From the NCBI GenBank assembly GCA_963675665.1, contig OY776510.1, positions 2,240,001-2,304,000 of the forward strand: a stretch of DNA of 64,000 nucleotides, read 5' to 3'. Below are positions 19,408-29,426 of this stretch, one piece after another (position 1 is the first letter of the stretch; every line of letters begins with the position of its first letter). Made by a program: the position numbers and the translations under genes. The notes under the pieces were generated by a model. That model did not search any database. It had not been told where the DNA came from and saw only the letters and a program-made list of their open reading frames with translations. Origin of the DNA: Spirochaetia bacterium (lineage in GTDB: Bacteria > Spirochaetota > Spirochaetia > UBA9216).

Positions 19408-20637
19408 ATGAATACAGGGTACTACGATAAAATAGCCGAACTGATGCTTTTTGCCGTCAGCTTCAGGGAAGGTGATAAGCTGAATATTCAGTTGAACCAT
19501 GACTGCAGGGAAGCTGTTAAAAGACTTGCGTATAAAGCTTACGAGCAGGGCGCTGCTTTTGTGGGGTTGCGTTATATTGATGATTTTTTACACGCGGCTG
19601 CCATAAAAGCCGGAAAAAGCAGTATCGAATACCCCCGGTATTTGAAAGACTCATTAAAAGAGATAAGCGAGCCTGAATGGAAGTCTATTTCATATATAAG
19701 TTTCTGTGAGGGTGATGTTTATGCAGATCTTCCGGGAGATATTTCGACTGCTTATTTTCGGCAGTATCAGAGTCTGACGGAACACCGCCGAAAACAGACA
19801 CTGAACGGGGCGTTCCTGTGGACGCTTACCTTTATTCCTACTTTGGGTACAGCCGGAAAGGTTTTTCCGGAATTGGCTGAAAAAGATGCCCTCAATGCCT
19901 ATTGGAAACAGGTAATTAAGATAATGCGGCTGGATCTGGATGACCCTGTTGCATTCTGGAAAGATAAATTCAGCAAGGATGCTGAGAGAAGCAAATATCT
20001 GAACGAGTTATCTCCGGAGTTTATTGAGTTCAAAGGTCCGGGCACCGACTTTAAAGTTGGCATTAACCGTAATGCGCTGTGGATGGGAGGAATGAAAGAA
20101 GCCCAAAACGGCGAACTGTATGCAGCCAATCTTCCGACGGATGAGATTTTCACTTCTCCGGACTGCAGAACGGCAGAAGGCAGAGTCACCCTGACCCGAC
20201 CATTCGTTATGCATCAGAACCTTGGAGCAATCCCGGAAAACGCCTGGTTCGAGTTCAAAGAAGGGCGGGTCGTTGATTACGGGGCTGACAGGGGCAAAGA
20301 CAGCCTTGATACGCTGTTTGCACGCGACGAGCGGGCCCGTTATCTCGGCGAAGTGGCGTTGGTAGATCCGAAGTCTCCTTTTGCCGAAGGAGGGCTTACC
20401 TATTTTAACGGATTGTACGACGAAAACGCCGCCTGCCATATTGCACTCGGAGCTGCTTACTCCGGAACTCTCAAGGTTCCGGGAAAGTATTCCGACGAAC
20501 AGCTTGCGGAAATGGGAATGAATGTATCGTCGGTGCACGAGGATATGATGATCGGCTCGCCGGAAGTGGATGTTTCGGCAGTCTGCCCGGACGGAAACAA
20601 GGTGGATATTATTAAAGATGGTAAATTTTACATATAG
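19408..20637 (+). CDS. Aminopeptidase, M29 family
   Basis: ANLPTDEIFTSP, LGEVAL, YDENAACHIALGAAY, NVSSVHEDMMIG. Confidence 0.92.
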   Translation: MNTGYYDKIAELMLFAVSFREGDKLNIQLNHDCREAVKRLAYKAYEQGAAFVGLRYIDDFLHAAAIKAGKSSIEYPRYLKDSLKEISEPEWKSISYISFCEGDVYADLPGDISTAYFRQYQSLTEHRRKQTLNGAFLWTLTFIPTLGTAGKVFPELAEKDALNAYWKQVIKIMRLDLDDPVAFWKDKFSKDAERSKYLNELSPEFIEFKGPGTDFKVGINRNALWMGGMKEAQNGELYAANLPTDEIFTSPDCRTAEGRVTLTRPFVMHQNLGAIPENAWFEFKEGRVVDYGADRGKDSLDTLFARDERARYLGEVALVDPKSPFAEGGLTYFNGLYDENAACHIALGAAYSGTLKVPGKYSDEQLAEMGMNVSSVHEDMMIGSPEVDVSAVCPDGNKVDIIKDGKFYI

Positions 20638-20698
20638 TTAGAAATCAAACCACTTGACTTTTTCTGTTGCTGTGTTTATATTTAGTTAGAAATCTAAT
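20635..20698 (+). promoter_or_regulatory. Sigma70 promoter flanked by two MarR-type boxes
   Basis: TTGACT(20654)-17-TATATT(20677); TAGTTAGAAATC at 20635 and 20683, second forming TTAGA-AA-TCTAA. Confidence 0.65.
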
Positions 20699-20723
20699 CA
20701 TAAATACAGCAGGAGAAACCCGA

Positions 20724-22118
20724 ATGAATAACAATAAAACTGAACTGATGGAGAAAGCGCCTGTCAAACAGGCGATATTAAAACTTGCGCTGCCGACAAT
20801 GCTGTCTATGGCTGTTGTTCTTATCTACAATATGACCGATACCTTCTTTATCGGTCAGCTGAATGATCCGAACCTGGTAGCGGCGCTCTCTATTGTTTTC
20901 CCCGTTTTCATGTCTGTTCAGGCAATAGGAAATATTTTTGCAAACGGGGCTTCAAGTTACATCTCCAGAAAACTGGGAGCAAAAGATGGCGAAGAGGCCA
21001 AACGAACTTCAGCCACAGCATTATATACAGCGGCTTTAATTGGAATAATTATAACCGCATCAATGCTGATTTTGCGCAGGCCGCTGCTTTCGGTAATCGG
21101 AACAAGCCCGTCAACATACAGCGTAACAAGCGAATACTACACAATTATTTCAGCTTTTGCTGTAGTATTCATCCTGCAAATCACTCTTTCAGGACTTATT
21201 CGAAGCGAGGGGGCAACAGATAAGTCCATGATTGGAATGTTTATCGGTATCGGTCTGAACATTGTTCTTGATCCGCTGATGATTTTTACCCTGGATATGG
21301 GTGTGGCAGGAGCAGCCTGGGCTACAGTCATAGGAAATGTCTTCGGAATGCTTTACTTTATAACCCATCTCTTGTCGAAACGGACCCTTCTTTCCATTAA
21401 AACACAGTATTTTCATCCGTCGAAAAAGATCTACAGTGAAATTTTCAGAATAGGTATTCCTTCAGCCTTATCCAACCTCATTATGAGTTTTTCAATGGTG
21501 CTTGTTAACGTGATTGCTTCCGGCTACGGTGATTACGTTGTTGCCGGTAACGGCATCCAGATGCGGATAGCGAGTATGGCATTTATGCTGCTCATGGGGC
21601 TTGCCCAGGGATATCAGCCCTTTGCCGGTTATAATTACGGCGCAAAGAGCTACGACAGGCTAAGAGAAGGCTTTAAAATAACCCTTATTTATTCAACCCT
21701 GCTGGGATTATTTTTTTGTATAATATTCAGGGCCTTCGGAGAGGAGCTGATTTCATTTTTCATCCGGAACCGTGCCACAATCGAGACCGGCTCAAAAATG
21801 CTCGGGGCCTTTGCTTTTGCTATTCCTTTCATAGGTCTTCAGATGACGATGATGATTACTTTTCAGTCTACAGGACGGGCAATGAAGGCAATGATTGTCT
21901 CTATGGGCCGGCAGTGTATAATTTATATTCCGGCGCTGTTTGTTCTAAACAGTCTTTTCGGGCTTAACGGGTTCATCTATGCTCAACCGTTGGCGGATGT
22001 TCTGACTACGGTTGTTGCCGTTCTGATGAGCCGGTCATTCTTCAGGGAAATGGAAAGGTTGAATGAAGAACAAAGATGTATGGCTCCGGAAGAGGGCAGG
22101 TTAATGCTGGCTGAGTAA
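20724..22118 (+). CDS. MATE family efflux transporter (MepA-like)
   Basis: LALPTM, YNMTDTFFIG, RSEG, NIVLDPL, QPFAGYNYGA; ATG 20724 after AGGAG. Confidence 0.93.
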   Translation: MNNNKTELMEKAPVKQAILKLALPTMLSMAVVLIYNMTDTFFIGQLNDPNLVAALSIVFPVFMSVQAIGNIFANGASSYISRKLGAKDGEEAKRTSATALYTAALIGIIITASMLILRRPLLSVIGTSPSTYSVTSEYYTIISAFAVVFILQITLSGLIRSEGATDKSMIGMFIGIGLNIVLDPLMIFTLDMGVAGAAWATVIGNVFGMLYFITHLLSKRTLLSIKTQYFHPSKKIYSEIFRIGIPSALSNLIMSFSMVLVNVIASGYGDYVVAGNGIQMRIASMAFMLLMGLAQGYQPFAGYNYGAKSYDRLREGFKITLIYSTLLGLFFCIIFRAFGEELISFFIRNRATIETGSKMLGAFAFAIPFIGLQMTMMITFQSTGRAMKAMIVSMGRQCIIYIPALFVLNSLFGLNGFIYAQPLADVLTTVVAVLMSRSFFREMERLNEEQRCMAPEEGRLMLAE

Positions 22119-22186
22119 AAAATATTATTATAACAGACTGGAATTGTGTTACAATCCAAAGCAGCAATCCGGCAAGAGGCGGTTCA

Positions 22187-22648
22187 ATGGATATTTCTGA
22201 AAAAAGCAGTGAAGAAATGAAGGTAGAGAGCATATTTGAGCTGCATAGATCTATCATATCAATCTTTTTTAAGGATTTTGAGAATATATTCGAATTGCCG
22301 AAGGGGCTTAATTTCACGCATATGAAGGCGGCAATGATCCTGAGATTTCAGGGGCCCATGACGATGTCGAAGCTGAGCAGCCGTCTTGTTCTCGAAAAAG
22401 GTTCTTTCACCCCGGTTGCGGCAAAAATGACGGAAAAGGGACTTATAGAGAAACAACGATCTGCAGAAGACAAGCGGGTATATCATCTGGTCCTGACTGA
22501 TTACGGCCGGAAATTGACTGCCGAATTCAAGGATAAGCATTGGGCCTTTATCCTGTCGGCCTTTGATCGGATCAGCCCTGAAGAGCAAAATGAATATTTT
22601 AGACTGATCAGCGGGCTTAACCGACTGAACAGGAAAATAAAAGGCTGA
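22187..22648 (+). CDS. MarR-family transcriptional regulator
   Basis: Winged HTH with KGLIEKQRSAEDKRVYHLVLTDYG. Confidence 0.9.
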   Translation: MDISEKSSEEMKVESIFELHRSIISIFFKDFENIFELPKGLNFTHMKAAMILRFQGPMTMSKLSSRLVLEKGSFTPVAAKMTEKGLIEKQRSAEDKRVYHLVLTDYGRKLTAEFKDKHWAFILSAFDRISPEEQNEYFRLISGLNRLNRKIKG

Positions 22649-22668
22649 AGCTGTCCGGAAACGTTAAT

Positions 22669-23319
22669 TCAATCTATGATTTCAGCTATATCAGAGAATT
22701 TATCGACTTCAAAAGATGAACTGAGGCCCTTCCTGTTACCGAAACCGTAATTACAGAAAATGCTTTTAATATCTGCATTTTGCGCAACCTGCAAATCGGT
22801 AAAATGATCGCCGACCATCCATACGTTTTCGCCGTTTCGTTTAAAACCCTGAGCTTCGGCTCTTTTAATAACTTCGAAAACGCCCTCGGGATTGGGCTTT
22901 GTTGTTGAAACGTCGCCTCCTCCCATTGTCGTAACCAGAAATTTATCAAGTTTGAAATAATCGGTTATTTCACGGCACATATCACCCGGCTTGTTTGAAA
23001 GTACAGCCAGATAGTATTGTGTTTCGGCAAGATTCTTTATTCCTTCGTAAACACCATCATACAGTTCAGTTTCAACCGTAAGATTATCATTGTAGAAATT
23101 GGTGAACTTTTCTATTGCCTCCGGTATATCAACATCGGGTTTGTCATAAAAAGAACGTTCAATCAGTTTGGTTCGTCCTTCTCCGACGTAATTCACTATT
23201 TCAGTCCAGTCGAGATTGTGGAGCCCGTAATGATTCCTGGTAAGATTTACCGCGTTTGCGAGATCTGCTCTGGTATCGGCCAGAGTGCCGTCGAGATCAA
23301 ATATAATCAGTGTATTCAT
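22669..23319 (-). CDS. HAD-family hydrolase (phosphoglycolate phosphatase-like)
   Basis: FDLDGTLAD, SNK, KPNP, MVGD...D; start likely ATG 23319. Confidence 0.9.
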   Translation of the reverse strand: MNTLIIFDLDGTLADTRADLANAVNLTRNHYGLHNLDWTEIVNYVGEGRTKLIERSFYDKPDVDIPEAIEKFTNFYNDNLTVETELYDGVYEGIKNLAETQYYLAVLSNKPGDMCREITDYFKLDKFLVTTMGGGDVSTTKPNPEGVFEVIKRAEAQGFKRNGENVWMVGDHFTDLQVAQNADIKSIFCNYGFGNRKGLSSSFEVDKFSDIAEIID

Positions 23320-23415
23320 ATGAATAATATAGATCGAAACAGTGTTGAATATCAATTAAGGCGATTTCAGAACATGGAATGTTGCTATTTTAATTTTCTG
23401 CCCGTATAATAAGTA

Positions 23416-25263
23416 TTGATGGGTAGTAACGCTCTTATAAAACTCCTTCTTGTTGAAGACGAAGCGTTAATAGCTTCAAACGGAAAGAAATCTCTTGAAG
23501 AATACGGGTATACGGTTTTTATTGCGATGAACGCTGATGAAGCTGTGTTAACTGTTAATTCAACCAATATCGATCTGATTCTGATGGATATTGATTTGGG
23601 ACAGGGGAAGACTGACGGAATTAAAACAGCAGCAAGGATTTTAAAGAACTATGATATTCCCGTCATATTTCTTTCAAGCCATACCGACCCTGATATTCTT
23701 GAGCGGACACAAAAAATCACTTCGTACGGTTATATTGTAAAGAATACCGACATTGCAGTAATCGACACAATGATAAAAACTGCCCTGAAACTGGCGGTAC
23801 AAAAAAAGCAGCCTGATTCTGATGCGCAGGTTCTTTCTGAACTGGAAAAAACACGTTTGATGTTGAATGATGTGCTGAATACTATTCCGGTTCGGGTCTT
23901 CTGGAAGGACCTTGAAAGTGTCTATATGGGATGCAATCAACTCTTTGCGCTGGACTCAGGAAAGGATTCTCCGGATGATATTGTCGGGTTTACCGATTAT
24001 GATATACGATCCTCCGTGCAGGCGGAATTAAATCGAATTGACGACAGGAACATTATAGAAAGCGGAAACCCGCGGCTTAAATATGAAGAGCCCTTTTTAA
24101 CACAGGATGGAAATAAAAACTGGATAGTAACTTCGAAAATTCCGCTGCGAAACAGTTCCGGAGTCATGTACGGAATATTGGGAATGTATGAAGATATTAC
24201 CGAACGCAAGCGGATGGAAGAGGAGATAATTCTGCAAAAGAACCGGCTTGCAAATATATTATACGGAAGTAATGTCGGAACCTGGGAGTGGAATGTTCAA
24301 ACCGGCGAAAATATAGTTAATGAACATTGGGCCGCAATAATCGGTTATACCCTGGACGAGCTTCCTTCAGATAACCGGAATTCCTGGAAAAAATTTGTTC
24401 ACCGGGAAGATTTGGAAATTGCGAATGCTTTACTCGAAAAGCATTTTAATAATGAGCTGGATTATTTTGAGTGTGAGTTCCGTATGCGGCATAAGCATAA
24501 TCACTGGATCTGGGTTCTTTCCCGCGGCAAGGTTTCTTCCCGGACTGAAGACGGTAAACCGCTTCTTGTTTGTGGAACTCACCTGGATATAAATGAAAGA
24601 AAGTTGATTCAGGATGAAATTCTGAATCAGTTGTCGGAGAAACAGATTATTCTGAAAGAAGCACATCATAGGATTAAGAATAATATTTCTTCAATAAGCA
24701 GTTTGTTATCGCTTCAAGCCGAAACAATTGACAACTGGGAGGCAAAAGCGGCTCTTCAGGATGCAATCGGTAGAGTCCGCAGTATGCAGATTCTTTATGA
24801 AAAACTGCTGATAGCAGATGATTGCATGGATACCTCTCTGAAACATTATCTGGAAGATCTGGTTGATGATGTTATAGATGTGTTTCCCGACAGGATCAAT
24901 ATTAAAGTTGAAAAGCAAATTTGCGACTGCAGGCTTAATTCCAGGCAGATCTTTCCATTGGGGATTATTGTAAACGAAATTATTACCAATATACTGAAAT
25001 ATGCTTTTACAGACAGAGAATCGGGAGTTATCAGGATAAAAGCAAAAAAGGAAGATAAGAATATAATTCTTGAAATACAGGATAACGGAAACGGGCTGCC
25101 CGAGGATTTCGATATAGACAAGCAGGATGGCTTCGGTCTTATGCTTATCAGAATATTATGTCAGCAGCTGGACGGGTATTATCAGATTGAAAACTCCGCC
25201 GGTGTCAGAAGCATTCTGAAGTTTAAGATACCCGATTCACAAGCTGCGGTTATTTCGCACTGA
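23416..25263 (+). CDS. Hybrid REC-PAS-PAS-HisKA_2 histidine kinase
   Basis: LLVEDE/MDI receiver, VFWKD PAS, GTWEWN PAS_3, EAHHRIKNNI, DNGNG. Confidence 0.92.
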   Translation: MMGSNALIKLLLVEDEALIASNGKKSLEEYGYTVFIAMNADEAVLTVNSTNIDLILMDIDLGQGKTDGIKTAARILKNYDIPVIFLSSHTDPDILERTQKITSYGYIVKNTDIAVIDTMIKTALKLAVQKKQPDSDAQVLSELEKTRLMLNDVLNTIPVRVFWKDLESVYMGCNQLFALDSGKDSPDDIVGFTDYDIRSSVQAELNRIDDRNIIESGNPRLKYEEPFLTQDGNKNWIVTSKIPLRNSSGVMYGILGMYEDITERKRMEEEIILQKNRLANILYGSNVGTWEWNVQTGENIVNEHWAAIIGYTLDELPSDNRNSWKKFVHREDLEIANALLEKHFNNELDYFECEFRMRHKHNHWIWVLSRGKVSSRTEDGKPLLVCGTHLDINERKLIQDEILNQLSEKQIILKEAHHRIKNNISSISSLLSLQAETIDNWEAKAALQDAIGRVRSMQILYEKLLIADDCMDTSLKHYLEDLVDDVIDVFPDRINIKVEKQICDCRLNSRQIFPLGIIVNEIITNILKYAFTDRESGVIRIKAKKEDKNIILEIQDNGNGLPEDFDIDKQDGFGLMLIRILCQQLDGYYQIENSAGVRSILKFKIPDSQAAVISH

Positions 25264-26209
25264 TAGTCAGGGTCAGAATATCTTCATAATCACCTGCGGG
25301 AAGTGATGTACTGCCTGAATAGCTTATTTTCAACGGTTTTGCTGTCCATTCCGGGGTAGTAATGAGTGTTGAATCGGTTAACAGGGCTGTGCCGCCGCTC
25401 CACGAATCTACGGCCGTGCCTGCATATGTCAGAGAGTAGGTCAGCATACCTGCTGATTCCGACTGCAGAAAATAAGGTTCGGATGCTCCGCTGCCGTCGT
25501 TTGCAAGGTTTTTACTGGTAACCGACACAGTGTATCCTGTAGCCGAATTGCTTCGTTCGTTTACCGTGGCAATAAGCTTGTCTGTTTCATTAATTGTCAA
25601 ATCCATAAACCGTATTCCCGGTTCACGTATACAGTAGATGTCAAGCAGTTCCGCCATCCTTCCGTAGACAGTCACGTTTACACTGTCGGCAAGGACGTGT
25701 GTTCCGCTGTCGGCGTAATCTCCTTCATACAGGTAAAGAGTTATTGTGTCGGAGTATGTTCCCGAAGGGATAAACTGTCCCGAGTTGATGTAAAAGTAAA
25801 GATTGTAACTTTGCTGCTCCATCACTGCAGCTTCGCTGTTAAAGTCGGTTGTTGAGATTACACTAGTAGAAGTCAAAACTTCAGGCGGAGCCTTTATAAC
25901 GTCGGAGGAGGGCGGGGCGCTTTTATAAAGCTGATAGTACATTGTGTTCGACGAGAACACCAACTCCCGCGGTTCATAACCTGAGGAAGTCCCTTCATCA
26001 GCGGCAATAAACCATTGGGGAATTGCCGTACCCTCGTGTTCAACTGTTACGGATATGGTTTCATTTGAGATCTGTTCAAACGACGAATTAAGATAAACCC
26101 CACCCGGAGGCGCGCTGAACTGGAATAAATTATCACAGACTATATTTTGCAGCGGAATAATCGAAAATGTGAGCAGCAGGATTTTTATTTTAAAACATCT
26201 GTTTGTCAT
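25250..26209 (-). CDS. Two-domain fimbrial tip subunit/adhesin
   Basis: Signal peptide; two pilin-like modules ending SGTYSDTITL and AGDYEDILTLTISAK; last gene after usher. Confidence 0.65.
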   Translation of the reverse strand: MTNRCFKIKILLLTFSIIPLQNIVCDNLFQFSAPPGGVYLNSSFEQISNETISVTVEHEGTAIPQWFIAADEGTSSGYEPRELVFSSNTMYYQLYKSAPPSSDVIKAPPEVLTSTSVISTTDFNSEAAVMEQQSYNLYFYINSGQFIPSGTYSDTITLYLYEGDYADSGTHVLADSVNVTVYGRMAELLDIYCIREPGIRFMDLTINETDKLIATVNERSNSATGYTVSVTSKNLANDGSGASEPYFLQSESAGMLTYSLTYAGTAVDSWSGGTALLTDSTLITTPEWTAKPLKISYSGSTSLPAGDYEDILTLTISAK

Positions 26210-28575
26210 TATCCCTCCGGTAAGGTTATGGTTTCGGCATCAAAAAAACCGCCCTCTGCCGCGCTCAGGTCAATTTCGACGCTTTGATCCGTTCCGTTCA
26301 GCTTCAGGATGTAAATATCATTAAGAAGGTTATATGCTTCAAAATATCCGTTGTCGTCTGTAAAAAAGTCTACCCTTTCTGATGTATTTTTTCCAGTCAA
26401 ACTGCCGAGTACAGTATCGACGGGAAACCCGTCGCTGTCTTTTATAAAACCGCCGGCGAAAACTCTGATCTCGGCATGAGGCGTCACCACGAAAGCGGAC
26501 TTGTATGACGGGTATGCAAGGTACTTCATTCCGGCGGCATCCATACCCAGCGGGAGTTCTTCAGGTTCGATATAAACTTTACAGGTTTTAAAAGAATGGA
26601 TATTTGACATGATTCCCGGTTTGCCTTTAATTTCCAGATCGCTTTCGCTTAATGATGGGTTAACCTTAAGTGTCTGTTCCATAAACTGCTCTCCCGGAGC
26701 AATAATAATAAATGAATCCGTGACGGCTTTTGTAAGAAGAAAATTACCTTCGGCATATGCAATTCCGCTGTTTGCCCTGAGATAGGTTGAATTATTGGTT
26801 GCACCGGTATTAATTATTGCGTCAAAGTCATGTCCGCAGTCCAAACTGAACAGAGAATGATTGTATCCGCCGCTGAATCCGAGCGAGAGCTTTTCATCAA
26901 GACTCATTGGGAGTTCTGTGGATGCATTCAGTGAAAAATCGTTATCATCCGAACTGTAACGGTTCCAGAATGCGGACAGTTTTTGGGTTTCCAGGTTTTC
27001 AATAATATAAATGTTCTGTTTCTGATCGGGAAAAGACGAGGAGTAACTTATTGTAGCGGAAAAAGAGAGTTCCCTGTCATAGTCTACGCCGATATTGGCC
27101 GACAGCGCGCTTCCTCCTCGGATGCTTTTTTTAAGTATTACCTTTGCCCTGATTAAATTCCTGCTTTCGTCAAATTTCCAGCCCCAGGATGCTTCCGGGG
27201 TAAAACTGAAGCCGTCGCCGAAATAGAAATTATAGTACCCTTCTACCGACAGTAAAGACGGCGGTAACTCAGCGTTCGTTATTGAGTTGTAAGTGTAGGC
27301 GATGCTCCCGCCGAAATTCAGGTAACTGTTCTGCCCCGGTTTCAGCATCTGGTAACTGAGGCTTGCGTCTATTTTTTGCCCGCCGCTGAAGGACATCCCC
27401 CAGATCGGGACCAGGTTGAAGTTGCCTATACCGGTTGAAAGCAGAAAATCAGGATGGATTGCAAGCTCCAGCGTGTCGATATCGAAAGATTCGGTTATTC
27501 CGAAAGTAAACCTGTCGGTTATTCCTAAATACTGGTATGATGAAAAAGTCGGCAGAATAATTTGCCTGTCCGGCAGACCCGCGGCAATTCCAAGGTCAGT
27601 CTCGCCTGCGTCCAGCAGGCTGCTGTCGTAAGGAATAACAATATCTTCTTCATGAGCGCCTTCGCTGTCTTCCCATCTGATGGAAATCCTGTTGATTCCG
27701 CGGGATAAAGGGAAATCCTGGAAAATGTAATTACCGCTCGGATAATCCTTCTCCCTGATTTTACGGTCGTTCATATAGATTTCAACCTTTGAAGGTTCGC
27801 GAATAAATATTTCTCTGGCGTATAGCTGGCGGGCATCCGTGTCTGCAGCAAGCACCTGATTTTTTCTGAATGAGGCTCCGAGAAGCTTTGATGCGCCTGA
27901 AAGATCGGTTACCGGCAGTGTCAAATCTCCGACTTCAAGGCGGTACCCGGCTGATTTGAAATCTTTTACCAGACGGGCATAGTCCCAGAACAGCAGATCC
28001 CCGTTGGTTCTGATGCCGCCGCGGGCTTCTATAACCCAGTTGAAAATGTTTAGTCCGATTTCCGGTGTTGCCGAGAAATCATAAGAAAGCGTTTCGTATG
28101 TGAATTTATTCCAGAGATTCAGATTCATGAAGGCGCTGAAATCCGACTGTTCAACGTACTCTCCGGCAGGTTCTTTTGTGCTGCCCCTGAAAGAGACTAC
28201 AGTTTCCCTTTGAAGATGTGCCGGAATGGTAATGTGCATTGTAAGGTCTTCAAATTTAAAGAGTATTCGAACACCCAAACCTCCCATTTCGGTAAGATTC
28301 AGCCAGCCACTTTCCGGAAATATCTTTACGGCGGTCTCAATGGCTTCATCAGACATCAGATCCTGCAGATATGATATAAGTTCCGAAGGACGTATCTGAA
28401 CCGACTCATCGGACAGAATCGTGACGCCTATTTCTCCTGAATATATTTCATCGATAAAAAGAGGGATTGGGAGAGAGTCGGCTTCCTGGGTAAAGGCCGG
28501 AACCGGAAAACATAAAAACACCAGCAGCAGAACAGTAATCGGGGGTATGAATATGTATTTCCGGGCATGAGTCAT
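26209..28575 (-). CDS. Fimbrial outer-membrane usher
   Basis: Signal peptide, SAFMN, LEVGD...LLGASF, PSKVEIYMN, GNY...FPLSRGIN, LLDAGE, C-terminal FTDDNGYF. Confidence 0.8.
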   Translation of the reverse strand: MTHARKYIFIPPITVLLLVFLCFPVPAFTQEADSLPIPLFIDEIYSGEIGVTILSDESVQIRPSELISYLQDLMSDEAIETAVKIFPESGWLNLTEMGGLGVRILFKFEDLTMHITIPAHLQRETVVSFRGSTKEPAGEYVEQSDFSAFMNLNLWNKFTYETLSYDFSATPEIGLNIFNWVIEARGGIRTNGDLLFWDYARLVKDFKSAGYRLEVGDLTLPVTDLSGASKLLGASFRKNQVLAADTDARQLYAREIFIREPSKVEIYMNDRKIREKDYPSGNYIFQDFPLSRGINRISIRWEDSEGAHEEDIVIPYDSSLLDAGETDLGIAAGLPDRQIILPTFSSYQYLGITDRFTFGITESFDIDTLELAIHPDFLLSTGIGNFNLVPIWGMSFSGGQKIDASLSYQMLKPGQNSYLNFGGSIAYTYNSITNAELPPSLLSVEGYYNFYFGDGFSFTPEASWGWKFDESRNLIRAKVILKKSIRGGSALSANIGVDYDRELSFSATISYSSSFPDQKQNIYIIENLETQKLSAFWNRYSSDDNDFSLNASTELPMSLDEKLSLGFSGGYNHSLFSLDCGHDFDAIINTGATNNSTYLRANSGIAYAEGNFLLTKAVTDSFIIIAPGEQFMEQTLKVNPSLSESDLEIKGKPGIMSNIHSFKTCKVYIEPEELPLGMDAAGMKYLAYPSYKSAFVVTPHAEIRVFAGGFIKDSDGFPVDTVLGSLTGKNTSERVDFFTDDNGYFEAYNLLNDIYILKLNGTDQSVEIDLSAAEGGFFDAETITLPEG

Positions 28576-28580
28576 TCACG

Positions 28581-29423
28581 TTATTTCGCAGAAGCCTGTT
28601 TAATGCTGCCGTATATCGGGCCGTCTTCCCATACCTCCCCGGGCAGGGGGATTCTGAAAATACGGACTGATCCTGCAAGCATATTCTCTCCTGCGACTCC
28701 CTTAAGGTTGTTATCTGTTAATATTATCGGTTGAGGGTCATTTTCATCGCGTTTTAATTTAAGTTCAATTTTGTTCAGCAGGGTATGCCTGTTTCCGGTA
28801 TTTTCTATCTCGAAAAGAAGATATTCTGTTTTTTTCTCAGTTTCAACGAGTTTCTCAACCTGTTTTTCAACTTCCTGATCTCCTTCCGTTACTATTACTG
28901 TTTCAAAAACTGTTTCGGTTACAACCTCTGTCTCAATATCGCGCTTTATGGATTTTACAGACAGTTTGGGTTTTGCCCCGGGCGGCACGATGTATATATT
29001 GCCCTCGTAGCGGTAGGTCAGCGTGATCTGCCCTCCTTCGATGGGCTGTATTTCGTTGAAAGAGACCGGCACCTGTTCGGCGATGACCCTGAACGGAAGC
29101 TCTGAGGACAGCTCTGCATCCCCGGTCCATTTTACCCGGACACTGCGGCTTTCGCCCGGATCCAGAATGCTTTGTCTCGGGTAGATTATAAAAAACCCTG
29201 ATTCGTCGCCCTGAATCTCGGTGCCGTCGGGTTCAATCGAACGCGGTCTGACTGATACTTTTACCGCTATTTTTTCGTCGCCGGTATTTGATATTCTGAA
29301 GATATGATTGGCGCCTTTTCCCGTCGGGGTATAATCCTGCGTAATCGGCTCGAAATTAAACGCCTGCGCGACCGTCGCGCAGGTAATAATCAATGAGAAT
29401 AATATACTGATTTTCTTCAGCAT
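28581..29423 (-). CDS. Fimbrial periplasmic chaperone (PapD_N-like)
   Basis: Signal peptide, FIIYPRQSILDPGESRSVRV, ELPFRVIAEQVP, IYIVP, ENTGNRH, NMLAGSVR. Confidence 0.85.
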   Translation of the reverse strand: MLKKISILFSLIITCATVAQAFNFEPITQDYTPTGKGANHIFRISNTGDEKIAVKVSVRPRSIEPDGTEIQGDESGFFIIYPRQSILDPGESRSVRVKWTGDAELSSELPFRVIAEQVPVSFNEIQPIEGGQITLTYRYEGNIYIVPPGAKPKLSVKSIKRDIETEVVTETVFETVIVTEGDQEVEKQVEKLVETEKKTEYLLFEIENTGNRHTLLNKIELKLKRDENDPQPIILTDNNLKGVAGENMLAGSVRIFRIPLPGEVWEDGPIYGSIKQASAK

Positions 29424-29426
29424 TTT

